A stretch of 64,000 bases of DNA from the NCBI GenBank assembly GCA_035549015.1, contig DASZRW010000059.1, positions 265-64,264 on the forward strand, read 5' to 3'. Numbering within the stretch: the stretch's first letter is position 1; each line of letters opens with the position of its first letter. Position numbers and translations under genes: made by a program. The notes beneath the pieces are model-generated. The model had not been told where the DNA came from. It was given only the letters and a program-made list of their open reading frames with translations, and made no database searches. This DNA is from Candidatus Kapaibacterium sp. (GTDB lineage Bacteria > Bacteroidota > Ignavibacteria > OLB7). Positions 50,061 to 60,716 of this stretch are shown one piece after another.

Positions 50061-50627
50061 CTACTGGAAGGAGCGCCACCCGCTGAGATTCTTCACGTCG
50101 ATCTCTACAACGGGGTAGCGCTTGGAGACCCGCTCCGCGTAGACCCACTCGATCAGTCCGCCGAGCGTCGCCGCGCCCTGTTCCACGCGGCCGATGGCGC
50201 AATCGCTGGCGTCGATGTCGTAGCAGAAGTACCACCAGTGGCGGGCCGAGCTGCCGATCACGTGAATCACCGTGCCGAATTCGTGGAAGTGCGTGTAGAA
50301 GCGGTTCGACATCGAGATATGCCGTTCCTCCTCCTCAGGGTCGCGCTCCGTGATAACGGCGTGCAGGTCCACATAGTTGATGTAGCAGTTCAGCACATCC
50401 ACGGAGACGAACTCCAGCAGTGCGCCCACCGGAAGGATATCGTCCGTGAGAAGCGACGGCGTGTTCTGGGAGACGCGGCGCGTGAACGGCGCCGGGCGTG
50501 CAGGCTGCATGGATGCCTGCACCGCGGGGCGTTCCTGCGGTTCGGAGGGCCTGGTGCCCGGCGATGGTATTTGCTTGACTGCGCGCACGGGTTGTCTGCA
50601 CGGGAGCGATGCCCGGCGCGGATTCAC
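50061..50627 (-). CDS. Hypothetical protein
   Basis: ORF with coding-like GC3 bias. The true start is possibly at MQPARP (50510). No recognised motifs. Confidence 0.35.
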   Translation of the reverse strand: MNPRRASLPCRQPVRAVKQIPSPGTRPSEPQERPAVQASMQPARPAPFTRRVSQNTPSLLTDDILPVGALLEFVSVDVLNCYINYVDLHAVITERDPEEEERHISMSNRFYTHFHEFGTVIHVIGSSARHWWYFCYDIDASDCAIGRVEQGAATLGGLIEWVYAERVSKRYPVVEIDVKNLSGWRSFQ

Positions 50628-50901
50628 CGCCCTGCCGGCCGCCCATTCACAACGGCGGCCAACGCCGGGGGCTCAACATAACCAATGTGCGGAACATGGT
50701 TGGAGGGTGGGAGGTGCCGGGCAGGGATGGTGACCCCCGGGCCTGTGCTCCAAGCTCAGCCCTGTGAGCCTCTCCGGGCAGATAGGAAGCAGAGCGATAG
50801 AACGGTATCGGCGGTTGGTCGGGGACCCGGATGAACGTCGGGCAGGGAGCCCTGCATGGGCGACAGGATCCAGCCCGGGGCCTGAGCCCCGGAGGGCTCG
50901 G

Positions 50902-51705
50902 TCACTGCAGCTTGAACGTGAACGGTATGATGGCGGTCTGCGCCACCTGCGGCGCATCGTCCGGCAGGGGGCGCGCCTTCGCACGGCGCATCCCGGCCAT
51001 CGCGGCGTTCACCAGCGCCTGATCGGCGCGCTTCACCGGTGTGATGTTGGTGATGTCGCCGTTCGGCAGCACCGTGAACCGTAGTGTGACAACGCCGGTG
51101 ACGTTGGTTCCGCTCGGGTACGTTGCGTGCGGGCGCACCACCCAGCCGCGGCTGCCGAGGCCGTCCGCTGAGCCGATCCCCACGCCCGGGCCGCCGCTGC
51201 CGCCGGAGGGATGGTCGCCGGTGCCGTGCGGATTCTGCCCGTGTGTGCCGATAACATTGCTTCTGGAGGTGTCGCTCGTGTTGCCGGCAACCTTCGGCGC
51301 CTTCGGCTCCGTCTTCACCACGTGAATATTATCCGGGTTCTTCGGCACCACCGAACGCGACGGATCCTTCAAGTTGCGCGAGTGGTCCGGCGTTGCCTGC
51401 TCATGTCCCTTGCTCGACGGGCCTTCCGGGGCCTGCACGTCGGGCGAGCCGCCACCCGGCTTCTGCGTGCTCGGATGCTTCGGCTCATCCATCCGGATCT
51501 CCGTCCACACCGTGTCCATGCGTGGGCGCGGAAGATCGTTGAGCACAACGCGCGACGGGAGGTCGACATCGCCGGTGAGTGCGTAGAAGAGAATCACCGC
51601 AACGTGCAGCAGGAGCGAGATCGCAAAGGCGATCGCAAGATTTCTGTTGAACGCCTCTCTCAGCTCGGCGCGTCCGGTGCTATGGTTCTCGCTGCGGTCC
51701 ATCAT
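50902..51705 (-). CDS. TonB-family energy transducer
   Basis: N-terminal TM anchor, Pro/Lys-rich spacer, and a C-terminal TonB_C-like domain (VTLRFTVLPNGDITNITPVK). Confidence 0.7.
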   Translation of the reverse strand: MMDRSENHSTGRAELREAFNRNLAIAFAISLLLHVAVILFYALTGDVDLPSRVVLNDLPRPRMDTVWTEIRMDEPKHPSTQKPGGGSPDVQAPEGPSSKGHEQATPDHSRNLKDPSRSVVPKNPDNIHVVKTEPKAPKVAGNTSDTSRSNVIGTHGQNPHGTGDHPSGGSGGPGVGIGSADGLGSRGWVVRPHATYPSGTNVTGVVTLRFTVLPNGDITNITPVKRADQALVNAAMAGMRRAKARPLPDDAPQVAQTAIIPFTFKLQ

Positions 51706-51919
51706 TGAGCGTATCGGTACGACGTTTCCTCCATGCCAGTGTATCATCACGCGCCGCCCGCAACGCCGTTACTCGGATGACGCATGTGAATGGTCCGATA
51801 CCGTCTCCCGCCGTCCGGGCCCGCCGGCTCCATCCTCCGATCCTCCGTGAACCGGATCTGCCGGGCCTGCCGCTCGGCGACGGCATGCCGCGGACGTTCT
51901 ACAGGGCGCCGGCCACGAA

Positions 51920-53587
51920 CTACAGCGCTATCCGAATCCCGCCGCGGACTTCGAACCCGGGCGCGGAGTAGTTGTACCAGAGATCATAACGGTAGTTCAG
52001 CAGGTTCGTTATCCCGGCGAACGCCTGAAGATTCCGCAATACCTGGTACGATGCCCCGCATCCAACCAGTACGCGGGAGGTAAGGCGATCATCGGCGGCC
52101 GCGATTGCATTGGGGGCGCCGCTCAGCGAAGCCGATATGCCGGTCTGGAAGGCGATCGATGCGAAGAGATTGAACGATCGCGCCGCCGGATCGATAACGT
52201 AGTCCGCGCGCGCGCGCAGATCGGCCGTCGGCGTCATCGGAAGCTTCTCGCCGCCGGGCGTCGTTGCCGATTGCACCGTCGCGTCCGCGGTCATCGAAAG
52301 CCGGTCCCCAACGGCAATCCGTGCGCTTGCCGACGCTCCGGCGATATGTGCGTCCGTATACACCCAGGCCAGCGACGTCGGGCCGGCAACCGCCGCAACC
52401 ACCGGGTGGTTCCCGGACTGCTGGTAGAACGCCCGAACCTCCAGCATCAGCGCGGATGTATCGCTGAACAGCCGTGCCCCCGCGGTCAGATTCACCGGAA
52501 CGCGCTCCGGCGTGAGCGTGATATCACGGCCTACGTAGGGGGCCGTCATTGTCCGGTCGTCGTAGGAGGCAGTGCGAAGCTCCGGACGGAACCATGCGAA
52601 GAGCATCAGGGTTTCGTTCAGCCGGTACTGCGCCGAGATGCGCGGCATCAGGAGCGAACTGGAGCCGGAGTCCGAATGCTGGCTGCTTGCGTAGATGATT
52701 CCCCCCGCAAGCGTCAGCACCGGCGACGGATGCCACGTCACCTCGCCGAGCACGGACATCGAGGCCGGTGTCTGCGTGGGCGTGCCGTAGCGGAGCGAGG
52801 TGCTGGAGAAGTGGAAGCGAAGCGCCGCCGCGATCGTTGAGTCGATATCCGTTCCAAGTCCCAGATTGAAGCGCGGCGTAAGTGCGGAGGCGTCGCTCGA
52901 TCCGCCGGACTGCTGGTCCGTTATCGAGGCGTTCACCAGCGAGAGCGCGAGGCCGTATCGCACGGCGGCTCGTTCGTCTCCCTGCATGCCGAGTGTGAAA
53001 CGGTCCGCGGCGCGCGTACGGTCGAAGGGATTTGCCTCGCCGTAGAGCCGGTAGTCATCGCTCTCATGCTCGGCAGCCAGCGAGAGCCTGAAGTGTCCGA
53101 ACGGCGTATCCTCTGCGCCCACGGCCACGCTGCCGTGCGCCCCGGCAAGGAAGGAGGTTGCACCGGCGCCATCGGTGTGTCCGGCCGTGTTGCGGAAGTC
53201 CACGATGCCGCCAACGTCGTAGGTGTTGCGCACATACTCGGCGCGCAGCATGGCGCGCGGCGACGTGTAGCTGCCGATGCTGGCCTCCGCATCGAGCTTG
53301 AGCGGCGTCTGGAACTCCGCGTAGCCGGGAAGCGTGCCTCCCGAGCCGCCGAGATTGGAGATGCGCTGCGCGAAGAGAAGAGTATCGCCCGCGGGAAGAA
53401 CGTAGGCGGCCGTATCCAGCACCTCGCCCTTGCGGGCCTTGGGCAGCACCACGTTGCGCTTGCCGATCACCGTCACGTTCTCGAGCTCGAGTGTAGGGAG
53501 CGAGCCGGAGCCCGGGCCCTGCGCGAACGCGGGGCCGGCAATCACCAGCGCGATCAATGCTATCAGGATGCGATGTGTCATCACCAT
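51920..53587 (-). CDS. Outer-membrane beta-barrel protein (TonB-dependent-receptor-like/porin-like)
   Basis: Signal peptide ILIALIALVIAGPAFAQ. Alternating beta-strand pattern. Terminal aromatic residue. Confidence 0.6.
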   Translation of the reverse strand: MVMTHRILIALIALVIAGPAFAQGPGSGSLPTLELENVTVIGKRNVVLPKARKGEVLDTAAYVLPAGDTLLFAQRISNLGGSGGTLPGYAEFQTPLKLDAEASIGSYTSPRAMLRAEYVRNTYDVGGIVDFRNTAGHTDGAGATSFLAGAHGSVAVGAEDTPFGHFRLSLAAEHESDDYRLYGEANPFDRTRAADRFTLGMQGDERAAVRYGLALSLVNASITDQQSGGSSDASALTPRFNLGLGTDIDSTIAAALRFHFSSTSLRYGTPTQTPASMSVLGEVTWHPSPVLTLAGGIIYASSQHSDSGSSSLLMPRISAQYRLNETLMLFAWFRPELRTASYDDRTMTAPYVGRDITLTPERVPVNLTAGARLFSDTSALMLEVRAFYQQSGNHPVVAAVAGPTSLAWVYTDAHIAGASASARIAVGDRLSMTADATVQSATTPGGEKLPMTPTADLRARADYVIDPAARSFNLFASIAFQTGISASLSGAPNAIAAADDRLTSRVLVGCGASYQVLRNLQAFAGITNLLNYRYDLWYNYSAPGFEVRGGIRIAL

Positions 53588-53697
53588 TCAACGTGGAAGA
53601 TGTGCCGCGATGCGCGCTCCAGGTCGCGGCCGGACATGCGGCATCGCTGCCGGGCGTTCCGGGGGCCGGTTGTCCGTCACTGCCGGATCTCGCCTCG

Positions 53698-56600
53698 CTA
53701 TTTCTTCAACTTCTTCAACCGCGCCTCCGCCTCGGCCTTCAGCGCGGCATTCTGCGTTGAGGCGCTCAACTGCGTGTAGATGTCGCGCGCCGCGGCATAG
53801 TTGGTAAGCTGCTCGTACGCGGTTCCGATTGAAAGCATGCCCGGCTCGGCATACTCCGGGAACGTGTTGAAATCGGTTGTCAGGCGGCGCAGTTCCGCGA
53901 GGGCGCCGGAGTAGTCGTGCGATGCGAGAAGAAGGTTCCCGCGCAGTAGAAGAGCCTCCGCGGCAACATCGTCCATGCGCCGGGCAACCACCGTTGCCAG
54001 CAGATCGATTGCCTGGTCGTTGGCTCCCCGCGCACCCAGCACGCGCGCGTAGGCAATCCGGCTCCTGTCCACGAAGAGATCGTTGTCGCTCTCCCGGTGT
54101 GCTCCGCCGGAGTCCAGCACCATCTTCAACTGCGCCACGGCGGCCGCGGTATCCTTCAACTCCAGTTGCGCGCGCGCCAGTCCGTAGCGTGCCTCGCCGA
54201 TCCGCTCGGAGGCCGGGAACGATTCGGTGAAGTGCCGGTACCCGGCCGCAGCCAGGCTCCACTCGTTCTGCCGAAGCCTGAGCCCCGCACTCTCAATCGA
54301 TGCCTTCTCCGCCGCGGCGCTTGTGGGATACGTGTCCAGAACCTGCCGGTAGAACAGGAGGGCGCTGTCGCGATGGCCCATGTACTCGTGTGCCCGCCCG
54401 ATGCCGAACGTGGCGTCCGGTGCAAGCGTGCTGTTCGGGAAGTCGGAGAGGAGGTTTGCGAAGCGTGCCGCGGCATCGGCGAAGTTGCCGCTCTCCAGCA
54501 CGATCATCGCCTTGCGATAGTTCAGTGAGTCCGGAGGGATCCGGCTCGGGTTCTTCGCCTGGAACGAATCGATTACCGCAACGGCCTCTCCCTCGCGCCC
54601 CAGCGCATTCAGCGTGAAGCGAACCGCGTCCAGCGCCTCCGGAACGATGATGCTGTTCGGATACTCGTCCAGCACGCGCCGGTAGTATGTGAGCGCGCTG
54701 TCGAACTGCTCCATGTTGTAGTAGGCGTCGCCAATCGTGAACGTGACCTGCGGCCGCAGCGCGCTGTTGGGATATGCGGAATCGAACGGCTTCAGCTCGC
54801 GGATCGCCAGCGAATCCATATCCTTCTCGTGATAGATGGAGCCGATGTTGTAGGCATAGGCATCACGAACCGGGGAGTTGGGATAATCCTTGATCAGGGT
54901 GCGGAACGTCTCCACGGCCCGATCGATCTCCCCCATCTGCAGGAAGACATCGGCCAGACGGAAACGGGCCTCCTCGTCGCGTGCTCCCTTCCCGGCGATG
55001 CCGCCGATGGACTCGTACGTCGCGATCGCCTTGTCGAACTGTCCCATCAGCCGATAGCAGTCCGCCTGGCGAATCGTTGCCTCCACCGCGAGCGCGCTCC
55101 CCTTGTTGTTCTTCACGAAGTCGCCGAAGGCAAGCGCTGCTCCCTTGAAATCCTTCTGCTGGAAGCGGGACCATGCCAGGCCGTAGAGTGCCTGGTCGCG
55201 CCAGCGCGCAGTGCCGCCGGCTTTCTCCAGGTAGACGCCGTAGTAGCGCTCCGCCTCGTCGTAGGTCCTGTTCTGGTAGAGCGCCTCACCCAGCCAGAAC
55301 GTTGCATCGGCGATGTCCGCTCCCTTCGGATATCCCGCGACATAGGCGCGGAAGCGGTCGATGGCGCTGGCGAAGCGGCCTACCGTGTAGAGCATCACTC
55401 CCTCGCGATAGAGCGCACGCTCCGCGAGCGGGCTTGCCGCGCCGGTGCTGCGTGCACGTGCGAATGCGTTCTGGGCGTTCGTTGGGTCCCCAAGGGCGGC
55501 GTACGATTCGCCGAGCAGATAGTAGGAGTCCGGGCGAAGCTCGCTCTCGGGGAACTGCCGCGCCGCGATCAACAGGTAGTGCCGCGCGGAGTCGTAGCTC
55601 CTGCGGCGGTAGAACGCGCTCCCCAACTCGTAGTAGGCGTTGTCGCTGAAGGACTCGTAGGGGAGTCGCGCAAGCATTTTCTCGAACGTGGCGATCGCTC
55701 CCGTCGTATCGCCGCTCGTGATCTGGATTGCCCCGATCTGATAGGACGATGCCGCCGCGATGGAATCGATGCCGTTCTCCAGGCCGCGGAACGTGGCGAT
55801 GGCTTCCGGGTAGCGCTTCGTTTGAAGCTGCGACCAGCCGATGCCGTAGCGTGCCTGCCGGATGCGCGGGCTGGCGGGATAGTCGCGAACGTACTCCGTG
55901 TAGTAGCGCAGCGCCTCATCGTGCCGTGCAAGCGCGGAGCTCACCTCCGCGAGGTAGAACGTCTGCTCCTCCTGCTGCCGGTCGCTGCGCGGGGTGAGCG
56001 ATGTGAGAAGCCGGAGCGCTCCCTCGTAGTTGCCGCGACGCGCATCGATCACCCCCAGCCGAAGGCGCGCGTCCAGGGCGAGATCCAGGCCGGATGCCGG
56101 CGAGCTCAGCACGGCCTGATACTGCGCGGCGGCGGAGTCCAGCTGGTCGTGCCCCTCGTAGATCCAGCCGAGCAGATAGATGGACTCCGCAGCGTTTGGA
56201 AGACCGTTCGGCACGCGGAGCGGACCGGTTGTCAGCGTTCCCTCGTCCGGATCGTGCACCACCTGGCTGGCGTAGTGAAGGGCGGAGTCCAGCCTGCCAT
56301 GATCCGCATGGATCCGGGCAAGCCATTGTTTCGCCGCATGGTACCGGAGAATGGGACGGAACGAACGGAGCGCCTCCGCGGTGTCGCCGGTCTGGTAGGC
56401 GGCAACGCCATTGATGTAGCGGATGGTGCTGGAGTAGATATCCTCGGCGTTGTAGTCGGCGAGGAATCGGCGGCTGGCCGCACGCGTGGGTTCGTAGCGG
56501 CGGATGGCGAAGTTGGCGCGAGCCTGCAGATAGAGTGCGTCCGCCATCGGCTCGCCGGATGCGGCGGAATCGATCGCCGGTTCCAACTCGGCCAGCGCCG

Positions 56601-56757
56601 CTCCCCAGTCGCCGTTGGATTCATGCAGCTCTGCGGCACGCACCGCCAGCATCAGCGGACGGGGTGCGTTTACATGGGGCTGCGCCGCCAGCAAAGCCGG
56701 CAGGAGAGCCAGAACAAGGGAAACCGTCGCGAGAAGCTTCACGATAGCCGAATCCAT
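53698..56757 (-). CDS. Large periplasmic TPR-repeat protein (~1019 aa)
   Basis: Signal peptide and more than 20 TPR-like repeats of the YbgF/Tol-Pal-associated type (..YY.LG.AYY....Y..A...F...). Confidence 0.75.
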   Translation of the reverse strand: MDSAIVKLLATVSLVLALLPALLAAQPHVNAPRPLMLAVRAAELHESNGDWGAALAELEPAIDSAASGEPMADALYLQARANFAIRRYEPTRAASRRFLADYNAEDIYSSTIRYINGVAAYQTGDTAEALRSFRPILRYHAAKQWLARIHADHGRLDSALHYASQVVHDPDEGTLTTGPLRVPNGLPNAAESIYLLGWIYEGHDQLDSAAAQYQAVLSSPASGLDLALDARLRLGVIDARRGNYEGALRLLTSLTPRSDRQQEEQTFYLAEVSSALARHDEALRYYTEYVRDYPASPRIRQARYGIGWSQLQTKRYPEAIATFRGLENGIDSIAAASSYQIGAIQITSGDTTGAIATFEKMLARLPYESFSDNAYYELGSAFYRRRSYDSARHYLLIAARQFPESELRPDSYYLLGESYAALGDPTNAQNAFARARSTGAASPLAERALYREGVMLYTVGRFASAIDRFRAYVAGYPKGADIADATFWLGEALYQNRTYDEAERYYGVYLEKAGGTARWRDQALYGLAWSRFQQKDFKGAALAFGDFVKNNKGSALAVEATIRQADCYRLMGQFDKAIATYESIGGIAGKGARDEEARFRLADVFLQMGEIDRAVETFRTLIKDYPNSPVRDAYAYNIGSIYHEKDMDSLAIRELKPFDSAYPNSALRPQVTFTIGDAYYNMEQFDSALTYYRRVLDEYPNSIIVPEALDAVRFTLNALGREGEAVAVIDSFQAKNPSRIPPDSLNYRKAMIVLESGNFADAAARFANLLSDFPNSTLAPDATFGIGRAHEYMGHRDSALLFYRQVLDTYPTSAAAEKASIESAGLRLRQNEWSLAAAGYRHFTESFPASERIGEARYGLARAQLELKDTAAAVAQLKMVLDSGGAHRESDNDLFVDRSRIAYARVLGARGANDQAIDLLATVVARRMDDVAAEALLLRGNLLLASHDYSGALAELRRLTTDFNTFPEYAEPGMLSIGTAYEQLTNYAAARDIYTQLSASTQNAALKAEAEARLKKLKK

Positions 56758-56937
56758 GAGCGTGGTATGCCACCTTCCGGGATGCTCTGCAGCAGGAATG
56801 CATACGGAGGCGTTGAATCTGTATGACGCAATAAAGATAAAGAATAACTTTAGAAGGATCGCCGCAAGGCCATAACCATTCGATCGTTGCGGCTTTTGTC
56901 TCTATGCTTCCATTCCCTTCCTGCTGGAGGATTCACC

Positions 56938-57783
56938 ATGTCTGTTGCCGATACCATCCTTTCCGATCAGGCTCCGCAATCCCCCTACCTTCGCGCGCGC
57001 CGCTGGACATACAATCTCCTGTTGAGTCACGATGTTCATACGCCCACGGTGCACATTCTCCACTGTCTCGAAGCGGCGTTGATCGCGCTGAACGTGATAG
57101 CCATCGTTCTCGAAACGGTGCAGGAGATCGATGCAGTGCTCCATGGACTGTTCTACTGGTTCGAGGTTGTATCCGTGGTGATATTCAGCGCGGAATATCT
57201 CGCGCGGCTGTGGGCTTCGGTCGAGAACGAGAAGTACTGGCATCCGCTGTATGGACGCATCCGCTACGCCTTCACCTTCTTCGCGCTCATCGATCTGCTC
57301 GCCATCGTTCCCTTCTTCATGCACGGGTTCGGCGCGTTCGACCTGCGATTCATTCGCGGCCTGCGGCTGATGCGGTTGCTGCGTGTACTGAAGCTGGGGC
57401 GCTACTCGGAATCGCTCTCGCTCTTCGTCAAGGTATGGCACGCCAAACGTGACGATATCCTGGTGTCGCTCTTCGTGATTCTCCTCATGCTCCTGCTCTC
57501 CTCATCGTTGATGTACTTCCTCGAGCACGATGCGCAGCCCAAGGCATTCCCAAGCATTCCTGCCGCGCTCTGGTGGGGCGTTGCCACGCTTACCACGGTT
57601 GGATACGGCGACATCTATCCCATAACGCCCATCGGGAAGGTCTGCTCCTCCATCATCGCACTTCTCAGCATCGGGTTGGTGGCGCTTCCTTCCGGGGTGA
57701 TTGCCGCTGCCTTCGTCGAGGAGTTGCATGCAAAGCGAAAGCCCCCCTCCTGTCCGCACTGCGGCCGGGAGATCGTGCACTGA
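56938..57783 (+). CDS. Voltage-gated potassium channel (6TM, Ion_trans family)
   Basis: S4 segment RGLRLMRLLRVLKLGR with Arg at every third position. Selectivity filter TVGYGD. Confidence 0.85.
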   Translation: MSVADTILSDQAPQSPYLRARRWTYNLLLSHDVHTPTVHILHCLEAALIALNVIAIVLETVQEIDAVLHGLFYWFEVVSVVIFSAEYLARLWASVENEKYWHPLYGRIRYAFTFFALIDLLAIVPFFMHGFGAFDLRFIRGLRLMRLLRVLKLGRYSESLSLFVKVWHAKRDDILVSLFVILLMLLLSSSLMYFLEHDAQPKAFPSIPAALWWGVATLTTVGYGDIYPITPIGKVCSSIIALLSIGLVALPSGVIAAAFVEELHAKRKPPSCPHCGREIVH

Positions 57784-58066
57784 AGGTTCCTGCCAAACGG
57801 CCTCGAACACCTTCAGCGGCCGTGCGCAGCAGGGGGGCCGGTTCTTGGGAGCCTCGCCTTCGGCTCGCTGTCGTTCTCGGCCGGTAGCAGGAATACATCG
57901 CGCGGAACAGGGCTTCATCCTGTTCTGCCAGAGGCACTGAATTCCCGGGCCGCAACGCTCGAACGCGGAAGCAGAACGCCCTCGCAATCGGCATCGAAGC
58001 GGATGCCGTGCGAGGGCGTTCACAACTACGGGCGATGGTATACCCGGTCCGGGACCGGGGCCAGCG

Positions 58067-59584
58067 TTATTCCTTCACGCGCATCTCCACGCGGCGGTTG
58101 CGGGCGCGTCCCTCATCGGTGCCGTTGTCGTCGATCGGTGCATCCTCACCGTAGCCGATCGAGACAAGGCGCTTTCCATCGACTCCCTGTTCGATCAGAT
58201 ACTGCCGCACGGCATCGGCGCGGTTCTGCGACAGGGTCTTGTTGTACTGGCTGGAGCCGAGCGAGTCCGTGTGGCCGGCAATCTCCGCCCTGATCTCCGG
58301 ATGCGACCGGAAGAACTCCACCACGCGGTTCAGCTCCGGCTTGGACTCCGGCCGGAGATCGGATTTGTTGTAGTCGAAGTAGACAAGCAGGCGCACGGTG
58401 CCGTTGCCGGCGCGGTACAGGTCGATGTTCTTCTTCACGTCGCGTCCCTCGGCGTTCGGCGGCACGGAGTATTCATCCGAGTAGAAGATGTAGTCCGGCG
58501 CGCTTGCCGTGATCGAGTAGCGATGGCCGCGCGCAAGGAGCACGTAGTAATCGCCCGTGCGGTCATCCGTGTTGTACGTGGCCACCACCTCGCCGGAGTT
58601 CAGATCGGTGACGATGATCTTCGCGGCAACCGGCTTTCTGGTTGTGGCATCGGTAACCACGCCGGAGACCGAGACCATTGCATCGGGCGGGAACGGGTTC
58701 GGGTAGGCGACGTAGATATCCAGGTCGCCGGCGCGATCGCTGGTGAAGTATCCGTTCTTCGCATTGGCGAGCGAGATGAAGTAGTACTCGTTCGATGCGG
58801 AGTTGATCGGCGTTCCCATGTTCGTGAGCGAGCCCCAGTTGGTGCCGCGCTCGTTGCCGCCGGTGACCACGAAGAGATCGAACCCGCCGGCGCCGCCGTG
58901 GCCGTTGCTGGAGAAGAAGAGCGACCTGCCGTCCGGCGCGATGCTCGGGCTCATCTCATCCATCGGCGTATTCACCGGCTGTCCCACGTTGGTTGGGCGC
59001 GACCATCCGGAGGCCGTGCGCTGCGAGACGTAGATGTCCGTGCCGCCGGAGCCTCCCGGCCGGTCGCTCGCGAAGAAGAGCAGGTGCCCGTCCGTGCTGA
59101 GCGATGGCTGCGACTCCCACGAGCTGCTGTTCACGTCGGGGCCGAGATTTCTGATGTTGCTCCACACGCCGCCGACGAGTTTGGCGGAGTAGAGATCGGT
59201 ACGTCCCTGCGCGTGATCCGCGTCGTCGCCGTCCCACTCATAGGCAGCGAAGATCATCTGCGTGCCGTCCGGCGTGAGCGTGGCGGCGCCGAGCTGCTCG
59301 GCGTGGTTCAGTGCCTCCCCCTCGCTCATCGGCGCGCTCCAGCCGCCCGTGGAGCGAACCGTGCGCCACAGCCGCTGCGAGCCGGAGCGCGAGGAGGTGA
59401 ATACCAGGATCTCGCCGCCGCGCAGTGCGGAGGGAGCGAAGTCATCGTCGCCCGAGGAGTTGATCGACATCGATGTTGCCGATACGTCCGGACGGTTCGG
59501 CACCGGGGGCGTCTGCGCATGCAGTGCAGGAGTGAAGCCCACAGCGCACGCAAGTATCGTAGTGAGATAGAGTATGCGTCTCAT
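58067..59584 (-). CDS. OmpA-family protein with TolB-like PD40 beta-propeller repeats
   Basis: Signal peptide, repeated PD40-like motifs (LFFASDRPGGSGGTDIYVS, LFFSSNGHGGAGGFDLFVV), and a C-terminal OmpA domain (AGHTDSLGSSQYNKTLSQNRADAV). Confidence 0.8.
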   Translation of the reverse strand: MRRILYLTTILACAVGFTPALHAQTPPVPNRPDVSATSMSINSSGDDDFAPSALRGGEILVFTSSRSGSQRLWRTVRSTGGWSAPMSEGEALNHAEQLGAATLTPDGTQMIFAAYEWDGDDADHAQGRTDLYSAKLVGGVWSNIRNLGPDVNSSSWESQPSLSTDGHLLFFASDRPGGSGGTDIYVSQRTASGWSRPTNVGQPVNTPMDEMSPSIAPDGRSLFFSSNGHGGAGGFDLFVVTGGNERGTNWGSLTNMGTPINSASNEYYFISLANAKNGYFTSDRAGDLDIYVAYPNPFPPDAMVSVSGVVTDATTRKPVAAKIIVTDLNSGEVVATYNTDDRTGDYYVLLARGHRYSITASAPDYIFYSDEYSVPPNAEGRDVKKNIDLYRAGNGTVRLLVYFDYNKSDLRPESKPELNRVVEFFRSHPEIRAEIAGHTDSLGSSQYNKTLSQNRADAVRQYLIEQGVDGKRLVSIGYGEDAPIDDNGTDEGRARNRRVEMRVKE

Positions 59585-59605
59585 GTTCGTTCTGCTCCTG
59601 ATCGG

Positions 59606-60460
59606 CTAGAGGTTGATGCGAAGACCGAGCGACAACTGCAATGCGCTGAGCCGCATCGCCCCATTGATGATATCGCCGTTGAAGGCCGTGCCGGAGGCTT
59701 TCGAGTGGAAGACATCCTGCTCGTTGGCCTTCAGCAGATCGGAGAACCCGATGTCGTACGCAATCTGCGGCACCAGGCTGATCTTCTTCGTGAGCTCGAA
59801 CGTGTAGCCGGCGCCAAGCTTGAGCGAGACGCGGCTGGCGAGGTTGGCGTCGTTGTCCAGTGCGCCATCCAGTTCCTTCGTGCTGTCAGGGGTACCGAAC
59901 AGGAGATAGCATGCCGAGGCGCTGTCCAGGATACGATCGGTTTCGGTAACGCGATGGCGTATCGGTATCGAGAAGGTGGGCCCGAGAAATACGAACGCCT
60001 TGCCGAAGCGGAAGTTCGCCATCAGCGGCAGCGAGACATAGGTGGCCAGCACCTCGTAGCTCTTGCGTTCGGTTGTGGTGCCGAGCGTTGTGTCGCCGGT
60101 GATGGGGTTGATCATCGGGCAGGGATCCACCACGTCCGCCGAACGGCTCACATAGCGCGAGTCGTAGTCCAGGCCCAGGCTCAGGGCGAAGCGGTCGGAG
60201 AACGCATAGCCAACGGTGACGCCGAAGAGCGGGCCAACGCCGCTTGCGGAGTTGAACAGGTCCGTGGGGTTTTCGCTGGAGGTCAGTTGGCGAAATGCCG
60301 GGTTACCGTTCAGGAAGGAGTAGTTGATCCCGAGATCGAACTGCAGATACCACATGCCCGGGCTTTCGAAGTGAGGCCGTTGAACATCCTCGCCGGGAGG
60401 ATCGGCCAATGCATACGACGCCGACACGAGGAATAGAATCGTCGCGAGAAGCCTTCTCAT
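59606..60460 (-). CDS. Outer-membrane beta-barrel protein (porin-like)
   Basis: Signal peptide LATILFLVSASYALA. Amphipathic beta strands. C-terminal LSLGLRINL. Confidence 0.6.
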   Translation of the reverse strand: MRRLLATILFLVSASYALADPPGEDVQRPHFESPGMWYLQFDLGINYSFLNGNPAFRQLTSSENPTDLFNSASGVGPLFGVTVGYAFSDRFALSLGLDYDSRYVSRSADVVDPCPMINPITGDTTLGTTTERKSYEVLATYVSLPLMANFRFGKAFVFLGPTFSIPIRHRVTETDRILDSASACYLLFGTPDSTKELDGALDNDANLASRVSLKLGAGYTFELTKKISLVPQIAYDIGFSDLLKANEQDVFHSKASGTAFNGDIINGAMRLSALQLSLGLRINL

Positions 60461-60716
60461 AATGTCTGTCCGTGAAAGTTGTTGAAGCTGCGGCCCGTGG
60501 GGGGCACCGCACCTGTGCGTGCGGTACGAATGAAGTTCGCGGGGAGTGAGGGCTCGCCAAAGTTAGCGCATGGACGGCAATGCGGACTCATGGTTTCATG
60601 GAATTTGTGCGCGGTTGTGAGATTCCTCTTCGAATGAAAACGGGCCGCCCGGCAAACCAGGCGGCCCATTGAACTGTGCGATTGTCTGCGCGGCCCAGTG
60701 CCGTGCGTGCGATGGC

